From a bacterium (GTDB lineage Bacteria; Patescibacteriota; Patescibacteriia; Patescibacteriales; GWC2-42-12), in contig JAZDFM010000034.1 of NCBI GenBank assembly GCA_043807825.1, forward strand, positions 2,700 to 66,699: 64,000 bases of DNA, given 5' to 3'. A model generated the notes under the pieces. That model searched no databases. It worked only from the letters and a program-made list of their open reading frames with translations, and was not told where the DNA came from. This document shows, piece by piece, positions 49,300-59,740 of the stretch (its first letter is position 1; every line of letters begins with the position of its first letter). The translations under genes were made by a program, and so were the position numbers.

Positions 49300-50649
49300 A
49301 TGAACAATAAATTCAAAAAACTGATTTTACTCGGAGGCGATATAGCAATTCTTTATCTTTCGCTTTATTTGGCTTTAAAAATCAGATACGGCGGCGAATA
49401 CGGTTATGCCGCGTGGTCAACGCATTTTTGGCCATTCACGGCCATTTTTATGATATGGCTGATAATTTTTTATATCGGCAATCTTTATAACTTAAACCTG
49501 GCTGTAAATAATCTAAAGTTCTTCCATTCAAGCGGGCGGGCAATCGCTGTTTCAAGCTTGGCTTCTCTCGCTTTCTTTTATTTAACTCCCGGAATCGGAA
49601 TCGCCCCAAAAACCAATTTATTGATTTATATAATTATTTTCGCGATTATTTTCTTGCTTTGGCGGCATTTTTACAACTGGTCGCTGAAATCGTACTTGCC
49701 GAAAAAATATATCGGCATAGTGGGATATAACAATTTAGTGGAAGAAATTATCAATGAATTTAAGCAAAAACCCCATCTCGGATACAGAATAAAATTTATT
49801 GTCGGCGACAATCCGCAAAATCAAATTTCCGGAATCAAGCCAATATCAGATCTTGAACATCTTATCGCAAATAACAAATTGGACGAAATAATTTTATCAT
49901 ACGGCCCTCAACAGTCGGAAAATCTAAGAACCGCTTTATTCAACAGCCTGCCTTATAAAATAAACTATTTGAGCCTGCCTGATTTTTATGAAACAATCAC
50001 CGGGAAAATATCTCTTGATTCGGTCAATCAAATGTGGTTTTTGGAAAATTTGAGAGAAAATAATAAAATCCGGTTTGACCGCGTAAAAATAATTTATGAC
50101 TTCATTTTGGCGCTGACTATTTTTATCATCACTTCTCCGTTTTGGCTCGCGATAGCTTTAATAATTAAAATTGAAAGCCGCGGACCGATATTTTTCATCA
50201 TGGAAAGAATCGGCAAAAACAATAGAACATTCAAGCTGATAAAATTCAGAACTATGAAAGAACAAGGCAACGACCGCTCGCCCACCAAAACCGGCGACTT
50301 AAGAATCACAAAATTCGGCAAATTCTTGAGAAAAACGCGAATAGACGAACTTCCTCAAACAATAAATATTTTAAAAGGCGAAATGAGCTTTGTCGGTCCC
50401 CGCCCCGAACGGCCGGATTTGGCCGCCGGCCTTGAAAAACAAATACCTTTTTACGGCCAAAGAACTTTAATCAAGCCGGGAATCACAGGATCCGATCAAG
50501 TTTCGGGAGAATATCATTCTCCGTCGCGAGAAGACAGCCTGAAAAAATTGCAATACGATTTATTTTACATAAAAAACAGATCGTTTTATCTGGATATTTC
50601 CATAATTCTGAAAACCGTGGCGACAGTGATTTCAAGGAGCGGAATATAA
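49300..50649 (+). CDS. polyprenyl-phosphate sugar phosphotransferase (WcaJ/WbaP-like)
   Basis: KFRTM, RIDELPQ, GEMSFVGPRPE, KPGITG, YDLFYI. Confidence 0.95.
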   Translation: MNNKFKKLILLGGDIAILYLSLYLALKIRYGGEYGYAAWSTHFWPFTAIFMIWLIIFYIGNLYNLNLAVNNLKFFHSSGRAIAVSSLASLAFFYLTPGIGIAPKTNLLIYIIIFAIIFLLWRHFYNWSLKSYLPKKYIGIVGYNNLVEEIINEFKQKPHLGYRIKFIVGDNPQNQISGIKPISDLEHLIANNKLDEIILSYGPQQSENLRTALFNSLPYKINYLSLPDFYETITGKISLDSVNQMWFLENLRENNKIRFDRVKIIYDFILALTIFIITSPFWLAIALIIKIESRGPIFFIMERIGKNNRTFKLIKFRTMKEQGNDRSPTKTGDLRITKFGKFLRKTRIDELPQTINILKGEMSFVGPRPERPDLAAGLEKQIPFYGQRTLIKPGITGSDQVSGEYHSPSREDSLKKLQYDLFYIKNRSFYLDISIILKTVATVISRSGI

Positions 50650-50689
50650 TGTTTCTATAAATTATGAGGCTCTGAAATATGTTCTGTAC

Positions 50690-50782
50690 TGTCATTCCCG
50701 CCCATCTCTTGTCATTCCCGCGAAGGCGGGAATCCAGGAGTTAAACGCAGAATCTGGATTCCCGCCTTCGCGGGAATGACAA
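50690..50782. repeat. family-B REP inverted pair plus extra partial arm
   Basis: TGTCATTCCCGCGAAGGCGGGAATCCAG..CTGGATTCCCGCCTTCGCGGGAATGACA. Confidence 0.92.
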
Positions 50783-50824
50783 AAATCAAAATGACAAAAA
50801 ATAATATGTTCGGTAATTCAAAAC

Positions 50825-52075
50825 ATGTTTATAAGCATAAAAAATAAAATTTACAGAACTTTGCGTTGGTCGGAAAAATACGCCAAAACCGATATGGTTT
50901 ATTTAGCTCGCGGCGGGATATGGATGTCGTTAGGGCAAATAATATCATCGGCCGCGGCTTTTTTATTATCATTGGCTTTCGCCAATTTGTTGCCCAAAGA
51001 AACTTACGGCTTTTATAAATACATCATGTCGCTGGCAAGTTTATTGGCGATTTCAACTTTGCCAGGAATGGCGACGGCGGTTTCCAGAGCGGCAGCCATA
51101 GGGCAGGAAGGCGCTTTGATTCCGGCGGTAAAAACCAAAATAAAATGGGGATTGCTGGGGTCTTTATCAAGTTTAATTTTAGCTTTGTATTATTTTTTGC
51201 AAGCAAATAACGCTTTAACAATAAGTTTTTTGATTGTATCAATTTTTCTGCCTTTAATGGATTCGTTCGGATTATACAGCCCATATTTAAGCGGAAAAAA
51301 AATGTTCGGCTTAAACGCCAAGCTCGGGGCCGCCGGCCAAGTCTTGACAATCGCTCTGATGATTATCGTCATCTGGCTGTCTAAAAATCTATATCTGCTG
51401 ATTCTCGCGTATTTCGCGTCCAACACTTTTTTTAATTTTCTGACGCTGAAATATATTTTGAACAAACGCAAACCAAACGCGAACATTGACGCAAAAACCA
51501 TTTCTTACGGAAAAAAATTAAGCTTCATGAATGTTTTAACATCCATTTCCGGCAGTTTGGATAAAATCATGCTTTGGCATTATTTAGGCGCGGCTTCCGT
51601 AGCCGTCTATTCTTTGGCTCAAGCTCCCATAAATCAAGCTTCCAGTTTTTTTAAAACCATTTTATCTTTGGCTTTTCCCAAAATGGCCGCGGCCGACGAT
51701 GAGGACATAAAAAAAACTTTGCCGGGCAAAATGGCGAAGTTTTTTGTTTTAATGCTTGCTTGCGTGATAATTTACATAATCGCGGCTCCGTTTTTATTTA
51801 AAATTTTATTCCCGAAATATGTAGAGGCTGTAAATTATTCAAGAATATTCTCGCTCACTTTATTATTTTTCCCGCAAAAATTGATCGGCACGGCGCTGGA
51901 AGCCAAAGCGCAAACCAAATCTCTTTATTTTATTTCCATTTCCAATTCCATAGTCAGAATAATTTTATTGGCCGTCCTTCTTCCGCTATACGGAATTTAC
52001 GGCGCGATTTGGGCGATTGTCCTGCCTTATTTCTGGAATACCCTTACGCAGATGTATTTTTTAAAAAGACTTTAA
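50825..52075 (+). CDS. Wzx-type polysaccharide flippase
   Basis: About 12 TM; ANLLPKETYG, LDKIML, LLPLYGIYGA. Confidence 0.88.
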   Translation: MFISIKNKIYRTLRWSEKYAKTDMVYLARGGIWMSLGQIISSAAAFLLSLAFANLLPKETYGFYKYIMSLASLLAISTLPGMATAVSRAAAIGQEGALIPAVKTKIKWGLLGSLSSLILALYYFLQANNALTISFLIVSIFLPLMDSFGLYSPYLSGKKMFGLNAKLGAAGQVLTIALMIIVIWLSKNLYLLILAYFASNTFFNFLTLKYILNKRKPNANIDAKTISYGKKLSFMNVLTSISGSLDKIMLWHYLGAASVAVYSLAQAPINQASSFFKTILSLAFPKMAAADDEDIKKTLPGKMAKFFVLMLACVIIYIIAAPFLFKILFPKYVEAVNYSRIFSLTLLFFPQKLIGTALEAKAQTKSLYFISISNSIVRIILLAVLLPLYGIYGAIWAIVLPYFWNTLTQMYFLKRL

Positions 52076-53317
52076 ATAAGCTTGCCTTGTTTTTTCAGCT
52101 TGCTTCTCTATCGTGAATTCCCGTTTTACCCTATCATAGCCGGCTTGGCCGAATTTTTTCGCTTTAGCCGGATTTTCCAGCAGATCAATTATCTTTTCAG
52201 CCATCAATTCAACATTCAGCGGATTGACAATATAACCGGTCTCGCCGTCAATCACGGCTTCCGGCGTGCCGCCGAAGCATGTCCCGACAACTGGCTTGCC
52301 GGCGGCCATGGCTTCAAGATTGACTCTGGGGAAAGGATCAAGGTAAACCGAAGGAACAACAACCACATCGCCGGCTTTATATGCCAGCTTGATTTCATGC
52401 TCGTCAAGCCATCCCAATCGGCAAATTGAACCGTTAAGGCCGTAATTCTCAACGCTCGGCCGAATACTCCTATAATTTTCATGTTTCATGGCCAACATCA
52501 AGGCGAACGGCGATTTCAACTTCAATTTGATTATCGCCAAAGCGCGAAGCATATAATCAATTCCTTTTGACCCGTTCAATCTGCCGACGCAGAAAATTAT
52601 TTTTTTTCCGGTTAAGCCGTATTTTTCCCTGAATTCATCGGCATCGGCGCCACTTATTTTATCATAATCCTCGGTTCTTACTCCATTGTAAATTGTCTGA
52701 ACATTGGCGATGCCGTTTTCTTTCAAAGCTTTGCCGAGCTCGTCGCTTACCGCGAAAACTTTATCGCAATATTTGTTCAAATAACGCCTGATCAAATAAT
52801 TCTTGCCCGGCAAATAAGATTTTTTGGCATGTTTTATTAAATCAAGCCATCTGATTTTATAATTAAAATTTTTTTGCAATCCAAGATTATGATAATCAAT
52901 ATACTGCCAATATTTGCCGTAAAAAATTGACATGGAGTCGCGCGCGGTGAAAAAAACCGCCGGAACATATTTCTTGGCCAGCCTTAAAACCGCGAACGAA
53001 ATCTCATTATGGATATTATGGGCGTGAACAACATCAGGCTTGATATCTTCCAATTTCCGCTTCACGACCGACAGCGCGCGCGCGTTGCGGATAGAATAAA
53101 AATTTTTGAATTTACGATTGAAACTGTTATGGATATAAAATATCTCCGTGCCGCCGCGCGTTATTTTTGACAAGTGCTTGTCTTTATTTTTCGTTCCGCT
53201 GATAATAAAAACATCATCGCCCGTTTTTTTTAATCCTTCGGCCAGCAAAAAAGTTGAAAAACCGGCTCCGCCTTCGCAATCAGGCGGTATTTCATCTGTT
53301 AAAAAAACTATTTTCAT
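52061..53317 (-). CDS. GT4 glycosyltransferase
   Basis: VGRL..SKG, PSVYLDPFPRVNLEAMAAGKPVV. Confidence 0.93.
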   Translation of the reverse strand: MKIVFLTDEIPPDCEGGAGFSTFLLAEGLKKTGDDVFIISGTKNKDKHLSKITRGGTEIFYIHNSFNRKFKNFYSIRNARALSVVKRKLEDIKPDVVHAHNIHNEISFAVLRLAKKYVPAVFFTARDSMSIFYGKYWQYIDYHNLGLQKNFNYKIRWLDLIKHAKKSYLPGKNYLIRRYLNKYCDKVFAVSDELGKALKENGIANVQTIYNGVRTEDYDKISGADADEFREKYGLTGKKIIFCVGRLNGSKGIDYMLRALAIIKLKLKSPFALMLAMKHENYRSIRPSVENYGLNGSICRLGWLDEHEIKLAYKAGDVVVVPSVYLDPFPRVNLEAMAAGKPVVGTCFGGTPEAVIDGETGYIVNPLNVELMAEKIIDLLENPAKAKKFGQAGYDRVKREFTIEKQAEKTRQAYLKSF

Positions 53318-53949
53318 GATTTTTTTATAACTAAAGGCCAATTGATGGCGAACTTTTGATTAGCATGGCCGTTATCAAACCCGTCAAGCCAAACCATCAG
53401 CCGGCCGTAAAATTTTGAAATAAAATCCAAAACGCCGATCAGCGCTGGCGAATTCGCAAAACGAATCCAAAAATATTTTATTTTAATTTGCGCTGCCAGC
53501 GAAAAAAAGCCGCCGATCCTATCCAAATTCAAAATCGTAAAACCTGTTCGGCGGGCCAATTCGCTTAAGCCATAATTTGTGAATCTGAAATAATCAATAG
53601 GCTCTTCGTGCAACTCATTAAAAAACGGTGCGGTAATAATACCGATTCCTCCCAACTTTAATACTCGGCGCATTTCTTTCATCGCCAACTCCGGATCTGC
53701 CAAATGCTCTAAAACTTGAGTGCATATTATTGTGTCAAAAGAATTGTCTTCCGCAGGCAACTCATAAATTGAACCGACAATATCCGGTTTATGCTCCGCG
53801 TTCAAATCCAATGTAATGTATTTATTATATTGATTATATAAATAGCGATAATCTTTTCCTCCGGAGCCGATATCCAATACTTGTCCTGAAACCAAATAGT
53901 TTAAAGCTTTTAATTTTTTATGCATTAAATAAGTCGCGGGCTTGAACAT
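53314..53949 (-). CDS. class I SAM methyltransferase
   Basis: VLDIGSG, QVLEHL, RVLKLGG. Confidence 0.9.
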   Translation of the reverse strand: MFKPATYLMHKKLKALNYLVSGQVLDIGSGGKDYRYLYNQYNKYITLDLNAEHKPDIVGSIYELPAEDNSFDTIICTQVLEHLADPELAMKEMRRVLKLGGIGIITAPFFNELHEEPIDYFRFTNYGLSELARRTGFTILNLDRIGGFFSLAAQIKIKYFWIRFANSPALIGVLDFISKFYGRLMVWLDGFDNGHANQKFAINWPLVIKKS

Positions 53950-53950
53950 A

Positions 53951-55624
53951 TTATTTTACCAAATTCATAAATAAAGATTTGGCCGGAGACATTTCAACTT
54001 CCGCCGGAGCAATATCGCCATCAGCCAAATTTTGAACGCCTGTTTGTTTAATTATTTCAGCTGTAAGCTCGGGAGAAAACGCCGCGATTTTAGTCACTCC
54101 GAATTCTTCAAAAGCGAACTTCAGCTTATTTTCCGAAATCAATTTTTCCACGGTCGGTTGGCTGAATTTGACGAAAGACTTTCCGGCAAGATAGCTGATA
54201 GCGTAAATTTCATTGTTATTGAAAGGCGCGGCTATGACATCGTTAACATTCAAATCAAATTTGCCGATTTCATCTTGATAAGCTTTTAATTTCAGATATG
54301 AAGAATCATTATAAATCCGGCTCAGCGTAACATGAGAGCTTAAAACCAAATGATAAGCCACCATGGCGGTTATCAGAATAAGCGCCATGTTTTTATTTTT
54401 AAAATTTAAAATTTCCGACAAACTGTAAATTCCTATGGCGGCGCAGAGCGCGAAAACAAATCCGAAATCCATAACATGATTTCTTTGAGCCAAAGCGAAA
54501 AAAGAGCAAAAAATAAAAATAAAAAATATCCAGCCCAATATTAAATAAGCCAACTCCGGCTTGCCTTGCCTGAAAAGGCTTATCAAACCCATACAAAAAA
54601 ACAAAAATATCAGCGGCCCGCCGGTATTTTCAAGCGAAACAAGGCTGGATACATGTTTGGCCATAAGGAGCGGAGCCAGCCGCAAATGCTGCCACAAAGA
54701 AATCCTGCTTGATTCAACATTGGAAATTCGCTTGGCCAAGCCTTGCGCGTCAATTCCGGATTGTCCGGCTTCAATCTTTTTTTGCGCCAAATAAGATTCT
54801 TTTTCGTAATGATAAGTATATGGATCAGGATAAAGATGCCCGTAAAAGCTAAAATCCTTGCCTTGCGCGCCTTGCTCGGCGGATCTGAAAAAAACCAGAT
54901 GATAATTGCTTGTTTTTCCAAAATTAAATTGAAAAAAAACATTAAAACAAACAATTGCCAAAATCATTGAAATAAACAATGGCAAAATAGCTTTTCTTTT
55001 ATAAAGCAACATCCAAAAAAATAAAACCGGAGCCAGCAAAGCGACAGCGTCGCGGCTTAAAAAACTTAAAGCTAAAAATATTCCGGACAGGCAATACCTG
55101 AAAATATCATATTTATTATTCCAGCCGCAAAAAAATAAAAACAAGCCCATGCTTAAAAATAATAAGCTGAATTCATAAAATCCTGGTTGTAAAGCCGTTT
55201 CCCAAACAACAGGCAAAAAAACATAAACAGCCGCGAAAATTACAGCCATTTTGTAATCAAATAAATTCCAGACGGTCAGAAAGAAAAAAAACAAAGACAA
55301 AGCGAAAATCCATGCCGCAAGCAAAACCGTCAAATCAAAATCCGGCAATCCAAAAATTTTATACAAAGCCGCGCTTGCCAAAGCTATTCCCTTATCGCCT
55401 GTTGAAGAAACCGCTCCATCGGCCTTGATTCTGCCGGAATTCAAAATAATATTTTTTTCGCTTTCCTGGCTGAATTTTCCGGTTATTGCCAAACTTCTGG
55501 CGATTCCATGATTCGGCCCGGGAATAGCCGGCGGATAACCTTTAAATAAAACCGGCGAATACCAAACAAAAGCGGATAAAAATAAAACCGCGGCTGAAAT
55601 AATAATTTTTAAATAAGTTTTCAT
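53951..55624 (-). CDS. multi-TM GT-C (ArnT/PMT-like) glycosyltransferase
   Basis: About 11 TM segments, SGIFLALSFLSR; in glycan locus. Confidence 0.6.
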   Translation of the reverse strand: MKTYLKIIISAAVLFLSAFVWYSPVLFKGYPPAIPGPNHGIARSLAITGKFSQESEKNIILNSGRIKADGAVSSTGDKGIALASAALYKIFGLPDFDLTVLLAAWIFALSLFFFFLTVWNLFDYKMAVIFAAVYVFLPVVWETALQPGFYEFSLLFLSMGLFLFFCGWNNKYDIFRYCLSGIFLALSFLSRDAVALLAPVLFFWMLLYKRKAILPLFISMILAIVCFNVFFQFNFGKTSNYHLVFFRSAEQGAQGKDFSFYGHLYPDPYTYHYEKESYLAQKKIEAGQSGIDAQGLAKRISNVESSRISLWQHLRLAPLLMAKHVSSLVSLENTGGPLIFLFFCMGLISLFRQGKPELAYLILGWIFFIFIFCSFFALAQRNHVMDFGFVFALCAAIGIYSLSEILNFKNKNMALILITAMVAYHLVLSSHVTLSRIYNDSSYLKLKAYQDEIGKFDLNVNDVIAAPFNNNEIYAISYLAGKSFVKFSQPTVEKLISENKLKFAFEEFGVTKIAAFSPELTAEIIKQTGVQNLADGDIAPAEVEMSPAKSLFMNLVK

Positions 55625-55668
55625 AAAAAAAGCGTTAAATAATTTATTTTGTCATTTACTTTTTTATT

Positions 55669-55836
55669 TTTCAGACTGCCCAAAAAGTCCTTTTTTGTCA
55701 TTGCGAGCTTCTGCAAGAAGCGAAGCAATCTCAGGTTCACAAGCATATTGATTATTTAACCTGAGATTGCTTCGTCGCCGCTTCCGCCTGTCGGCGTCGC
55801 CTCTCCTCGCAATGACAGTTCTCGGACAGTCTGAAA
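55669..55836. mobile_element. composite element: family-A REP pair (55696-55817) inside outer TIRs
   Basis: Outer TTTCAGACTGCCC / GGACAGTCTGAAA (12/13). Confidence 0.75.
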
Positions 55837-55853
55837 GTAGAGAAAAATTTAAT

Positions 55854-56483
55854 TCAGATAACCTCTTTGCGACACTTAACAGCCGTGTAGATATTTATTC
55901 CTAAAATATTTATTTTTTTAATTTCAACTATTTTAAACTCTTGATCTATAATATTCATCAACTTTTTCCGGCTGTTGATATGGCTTTTAAGAGCCGGCGA
56001 TTTTTTGAGCCAGAAAAAAAATTTCATAAAAATATTATCCGACGGTATGCCGATTACTATATCGCCTCCGGTTTTCACAACTCTTTTTATTTCGGACAAA
56101 GCTTTGGGTAAATTATCCAAATGCTCTAAAACGCTCAAGCAAACAACGCAGTCAAAATAAGAGTCGTCAAAAGCGATATCGTAAATGCTTCCGTCTGAAA
56201 AATTTCCTTTGAAAAAACCGGAAATAATTTTTTCTTGGCCGTGGACATCAATGCCGTAATATTCGTCCGCCAGCTCCGACAAAGTTAACGCTAAAGCGCC
56301 ATTGCCGTATCCGATTTCCAATAATCGCTCATATTTATTATCGCCAAGCAAATCAACCGCGGCCTGCAGACGCGCCCAATATATTTTTTTTATAAAATAA
56401 TTTTTTGAATAATATCTTTCGGGCCCGCTGTCGTCAGGTCCTGTTTTTATTATTTTTTCTTTTGGAGGCAAAATTATTTTCAT
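55854..56483 (-). CDS. class I SAM methyltransferase
   Basis: LLEIGYGNG, SVLEHL, RVVKTGG. Confidence 0.9.
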   Translation of the reverse strand: MKIILPPKEKIIKTGPDDSGPERYYSKNYFIKKIYWARLQAAVDLLGDNKYERLLEIGYGNGALALTLSELADEYYGIDVHGQEKIISGFFKGNFSDGSIYDIAFDDSYFDCVVCLSVLEHLDNLPKALSEIKRVVKTGGDIVIGIPSDNIFMKFFFWLKKSPALKSHINSRKKLMNIIDQEFKIVEIKKINILGINIYTAVKCRKEVI

Positions 56484-56487
56484 AAAA

Positions 56488-57936
56488 TCAATCATCATCG
56501 CCGGAAATGAAACCGAAAACTTGCGTTCCGGCCAAAGCGATTCTCTTAAATTCATCAAGGCTTTTAATTTTTTTGATCCATTTTAAAATATAACTTGGCC
56601 TTAAATAAAATTTGCGATACACTTTCCTGATATATTTTTGCAACTGGCCGGCGTTAAGCGATGTGAAATATTCATTATAAAAAGCGTTCGTATGCAATTT
56701 GCTTATATCCATGGCTGTGCCATCGCCGATTTCTGGATGATGCTTTCTCAATTCCAAAAATAATTGCGTTCCCGGGTATGGCGTCAAAATGCCGAATGTC
56801 ACTATGGTCGGGTCTATTTTCAATATGAATTTTATGGTCTGTTCTATTGTTTCTTCGGTTTCTCCGGGAATCCCGATCATCATATGCGCGTGAGTGTCAA
56901 TTCCGGCTTCATGGGCCCATTTGAATACCTGTTCTGTTTGCTCAATTTTTATACCTTTTTTTACATTATCCAGCAATCGCTGGACACCTGATTCAACTCC
57001 GAGCCTGATCATGTGGCAACCCGCTTGCTTCATTGTGATCATCATTTCTTTATCAAGAGTATTTATTCGGGAACTGCAAATCCAGCTGATGTCTATTTTT
57101 TCTTTGATTATGGTTTCGCAGATTTCTTTCACTCTATCCTTAAAAACAGTAAAAATTTCATCGCGAAAAAATATTTCTTTATACCCGAGCCGAGCTATTT
57201 CCCTTATTTCTTCAAGAACTCTTTTGGCGCTCATGGCTCTGATGGCGCGGCCGTAAAAAATCGGCGAAGAGCAAAAAGTGCACTGCCCCGGGCATCCGCG
57301 CGAAGTGAACATCGTCGTATAAGGCATTCTCTTGACCACCGGATTATAATAATCCACGCCGGCCGGCAGGAAAGTCCTGTCCGGAATCGGCAATTCATCA
57401 AGATTTTCAATTAAAGGATAATCGGCATTCTCAACATATTGGCCGCCTTGCATAAAAGAAATGCCTTTTATATCCTGCCAATTTTTATTGTTTTTAACGG
57501 CTAAAGCCAAATCTCTTATGATATATTCAGCTTCTCTTCTAACAACTATGTCAATGCCTTTTTTTTCAAGAGAAGATTTCGGCTCTGCCGTAACATGGCC
57601 GCCGAAAACAATGGTTTTAATCTCTGCGTTGTTTTTTTTCAATTCAGCCAAAATTTCAGAATCTTCATTCAATGTCATTGTTGAAGTGAGCATAACGACA
57701 AACGCGCAGTCTTTTATTTTTTCGCCAATCTGATTGACGGCAAGATTTTCCGCGGCCGCGTCTATCAATTTCACATTTACGCCATTGCGCTTGAGTACGG
57801 TTCCGACAGAAATCAAAGACAATGGCGGAAATTGTACTCCGGCTATTCTTTTCCCCTTGCACCAGCATCCGTAGACTAAATCCCGCGCGACATTTTTGGA
57901 AAATTTTGACGGTGGTATCAATAAAGCGATATTCAT
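56488..57936 (-). CDS. B12-binding radical SAM enzyme (class B/HpnJ-like)
   Basis: FPPLSL, GGHVT, SRGCPGQCTFC, GVESG, MIGIPGET, TPYPGT. Confidence 0.92.
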   Translation of the reverse strand: MNIALLIPPSKFSKNVARDLVYGCWCKGKRIAGVQFPPLSLISVGTVLKRNGVNVKLIDAAAENLAVNQIGEKIKDCAFVVMLTSTMTLNEDSEILAELKKNNAEIKTIVFGGHVTAEPKSSLEKKGIDIVVRREAEYIIRDLALAVKNNKNWQDIKGISFMQGGQYVENADYPLIENLDELPIPDRTFLPAGVDYYNPVVKRMPYTTMFTSRGCPGQCTFCSSPIFYGRAIRAMSAKRVLEEIREIARLGYKEIFFRDEIFTVFKDRVKEICETIIKEKIDISWICSSRINTLDKEMMITMKQAGCHMIRLGVESGVQRLLDNVKKGIKIEQTEQVFKWAHEAGIDTHAHMMIGIPGETEETIEQTIKFILKIDPTIVTFGILTPYPGTQLFLELRKHHPEIGDGTAMDISKLHTNAFYNEYFTSLNAGQLQKYIRKVYRKFYLRPSYILKWIKKIKSLDEFKRIALAGTQVFGFISGDDD

Positions 57937-57940
57937 AAAT

Positions 57941-58837
57941 TTAACCATTTCTTTTGGACGCGGACACTATCAAATCCGCCAAAAAACCGAACGCGAAAAT
58001 CTGAATCGCCAATATAATCATTACAATTTGCGAAGCGTGAATTTTAAAATCCACAAAATACAAAGTAAAACCGACCCACAAAACCGCCGACAGCATTAAA
58101 AATCCTCCGAGCGGCAGAAAAAATTTCAACGGATTAAAATAAACAATCATCCGCACAACAGTGTTTAAATATTTCGCCGTGTCTTTTAAGGGATGAAATT
58201 TTGATTTTCCCACCCGTTTGAAATACTCGGTCGGAATATATTTTACGCTATGCCCATTTGTGAGAAAAGCCAAAGTCATTGTGGTAACGCAGGAAAATCC
58301 GTCCGGAATCACCCATAAGTATTTCATCATTATGTCTTTTTTAAAAGCTTTCAAACCCGTGTTCAAATCCGGTATTGGACAGCCTGACAGATAAACAGCC
58401 AATCTTCTTATGAGCCATTTGGCGGAAAAACGCAAAAATTTATATGTCCCCTGCTCGCTTGTTCTGGCGCCGTTGACTTGGTCGTATTCCGGAAAATAAG
58501 ACAGCATTTTCGGAATATCGGCCGCGTTATAAGTGCCGTCGCCGTCAAGCATGACAATAATATCGCCTTTCGCGTTTAAAATTCCGGTTTTTCTCGCGGC
58601 TCCGGAACCGCCGTTGATTTTTCTTCTAACTAATCTGATCTTTCCGTTGGCTTTCATTAAATTTTCCGCGACAGTGGCAGTTTGGTCGCTTGAATTATCG
58701 TCAACAACCAAAATTTCATATTGATACACCGTTGTTCTCATAACTGCCTCCACATCATTAACAACCTGCTTAATGGCAGCTTCTTCGTCGCAACAAGGGA
58801 TAAGAATCGTGATAAAATTATATTTTTTTTCTTCCAT
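57941..58837 (-). CDS. GT2 polyprenol-phosphate glycosyltransferase (DPM1/GtrB-like) with two C-terminal TMs
   Basis: VVDDNSSD, LDGDGTY, DLNTGLKAF, RVGKSK. Confidence 0.9.
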   Translation of the reverse strand: MEEKKYNFITILIPCCDEEAAIKQVVNDVEAVMRTTVYQYEILVVDDNSSDQTATVAENLMKANGKIRLVRRKINGGSGAARKTGILNAKGDIIVMLDGDGTYNAADIPKMLSYFPEYDQVNGARTSEQGTYKFLRFSAKWLIRRLAVYLSGCPIPDLNTGLKAFKKDIMMKYLWVIPDGFSCVTTMTLAFLTNGHSVKYIPTEYFKRVGKSKFHPLKDTAKYLNTVVRMIVYFNPLKFFLPLGGFLMLSAVLWVGFTLYFVDFKIHASQIVMIILAIQIFAFGFLADLIVSASKRNG

Positions 58838-59555
58838 ATATTATTAAGCTGCCGGAAATCTCTTTAACCAAAGGTATTTTTTCCAAATATCCGGAAATAA
58901 AATTTAAAAAATTCGCTAATATTTTAGGCGTGGCCGGATGCAAAAAATCAAAATTTTTTACAACATTATTCTGAAAGCCATGCTCAGCTAATTTTTTAGC
59001 CACATCCCACCGATAAAAAGCTTTTTCATTTTCAGAATGACCGGCTAACTTTTTTATAAACATAACATTTTTTTCCAAAAATACTTGCGGATTAAGCATA
59101 TTGGGTTCGGTAAAAAATATCTGCCCGCCATTTTTTAATACTCTGCAACATTCATTTAGGCATTTATCAATATCAACATGATGTAAAATTGAATTAGCGA
59201 TAATGCAATCAATGCTATTATCTTCAAATTTCATTTTCTCGCAATTATCAACTAAAAATTCCGCCTTAATATCTTTATTATGAATAATCGCTAATTTAAT
59301 TTGCTCCGGCGATAAATCTGAAGCGACTATTTTATTTTTGCTTCCAAACTCTTTATATATATATTTCGTATAATCTCCGCAAGCGCAGCCTATTTCCAAA
59401 ATAATCTTATTGTCCAAATCTCCAACAAATTTTTTAGCTATTTGGGCCCTGCGTTTCTTTCTAATTTGTCCGCTATATGTTTTGCTCCCCCACCACGCAT
59501 AACCTTTTTCAACCGCCATCTTATTAAAATGTTCCAACTCATTTTTATTTTCCAT
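58818..59555 (-). CDS. class I SAM methyltransferase
   Basis: ILEIGCACG, ILHH, RVLKNGG; start at MENKNEL. Confidence 0.9.
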   Translation of the reverse strand: MENKNELEHFNKMAVEKGYAWWGSKTYSGQIRKKRRAQIAKKFVGDLDNKIILEIGCACGDYTKYIYKEFGSKNKIVASDLSPEQIKLAIIHNKDIKAEFLVDNCEKMKFEDNSIDCIIANSILHHVDIDKCLNECCRVLKNGGQIFFTEPNMLNPQVFLEKNVMFIKKLAGHSENEKAFYRWDVAKKLAEHGFQNNVVKNFDFLHPATPKILANFLNFISGYLEKIPLVKEISGSLIIYGRKKI

Positions 59556-59736
59556 TTTTTTTAAAATAACACGAATTAAAATATCTTGAACTCGGCACAT
59601 ATCTTGCCTGATAATTTTTTTTATCAATCAAAACGGCTTCTAAAATTTTTCTTAAAAATTTCCTGCCGAAATCAAATCTGCCGAAAATAACATTGTACAA
59701 CCTCAGCAAAATAAATTTTTCCGTGGTCATCAGCAT
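59545..59736 (-). CDS. small basic hypothetical protein
   Basis: 63 aa; fills the operon gap (4 bp after the upstream stop, 11-bp overlap downstream). Confidence 0.55.
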   Translation of the reverse strand: MLMTTEKFILLRLYNVIFGRFDFGRKFLRKILEAVLIDKKNYQARYVPSSRYFNSCYFKKNGK

Positions 59737-59740
59737 AATA

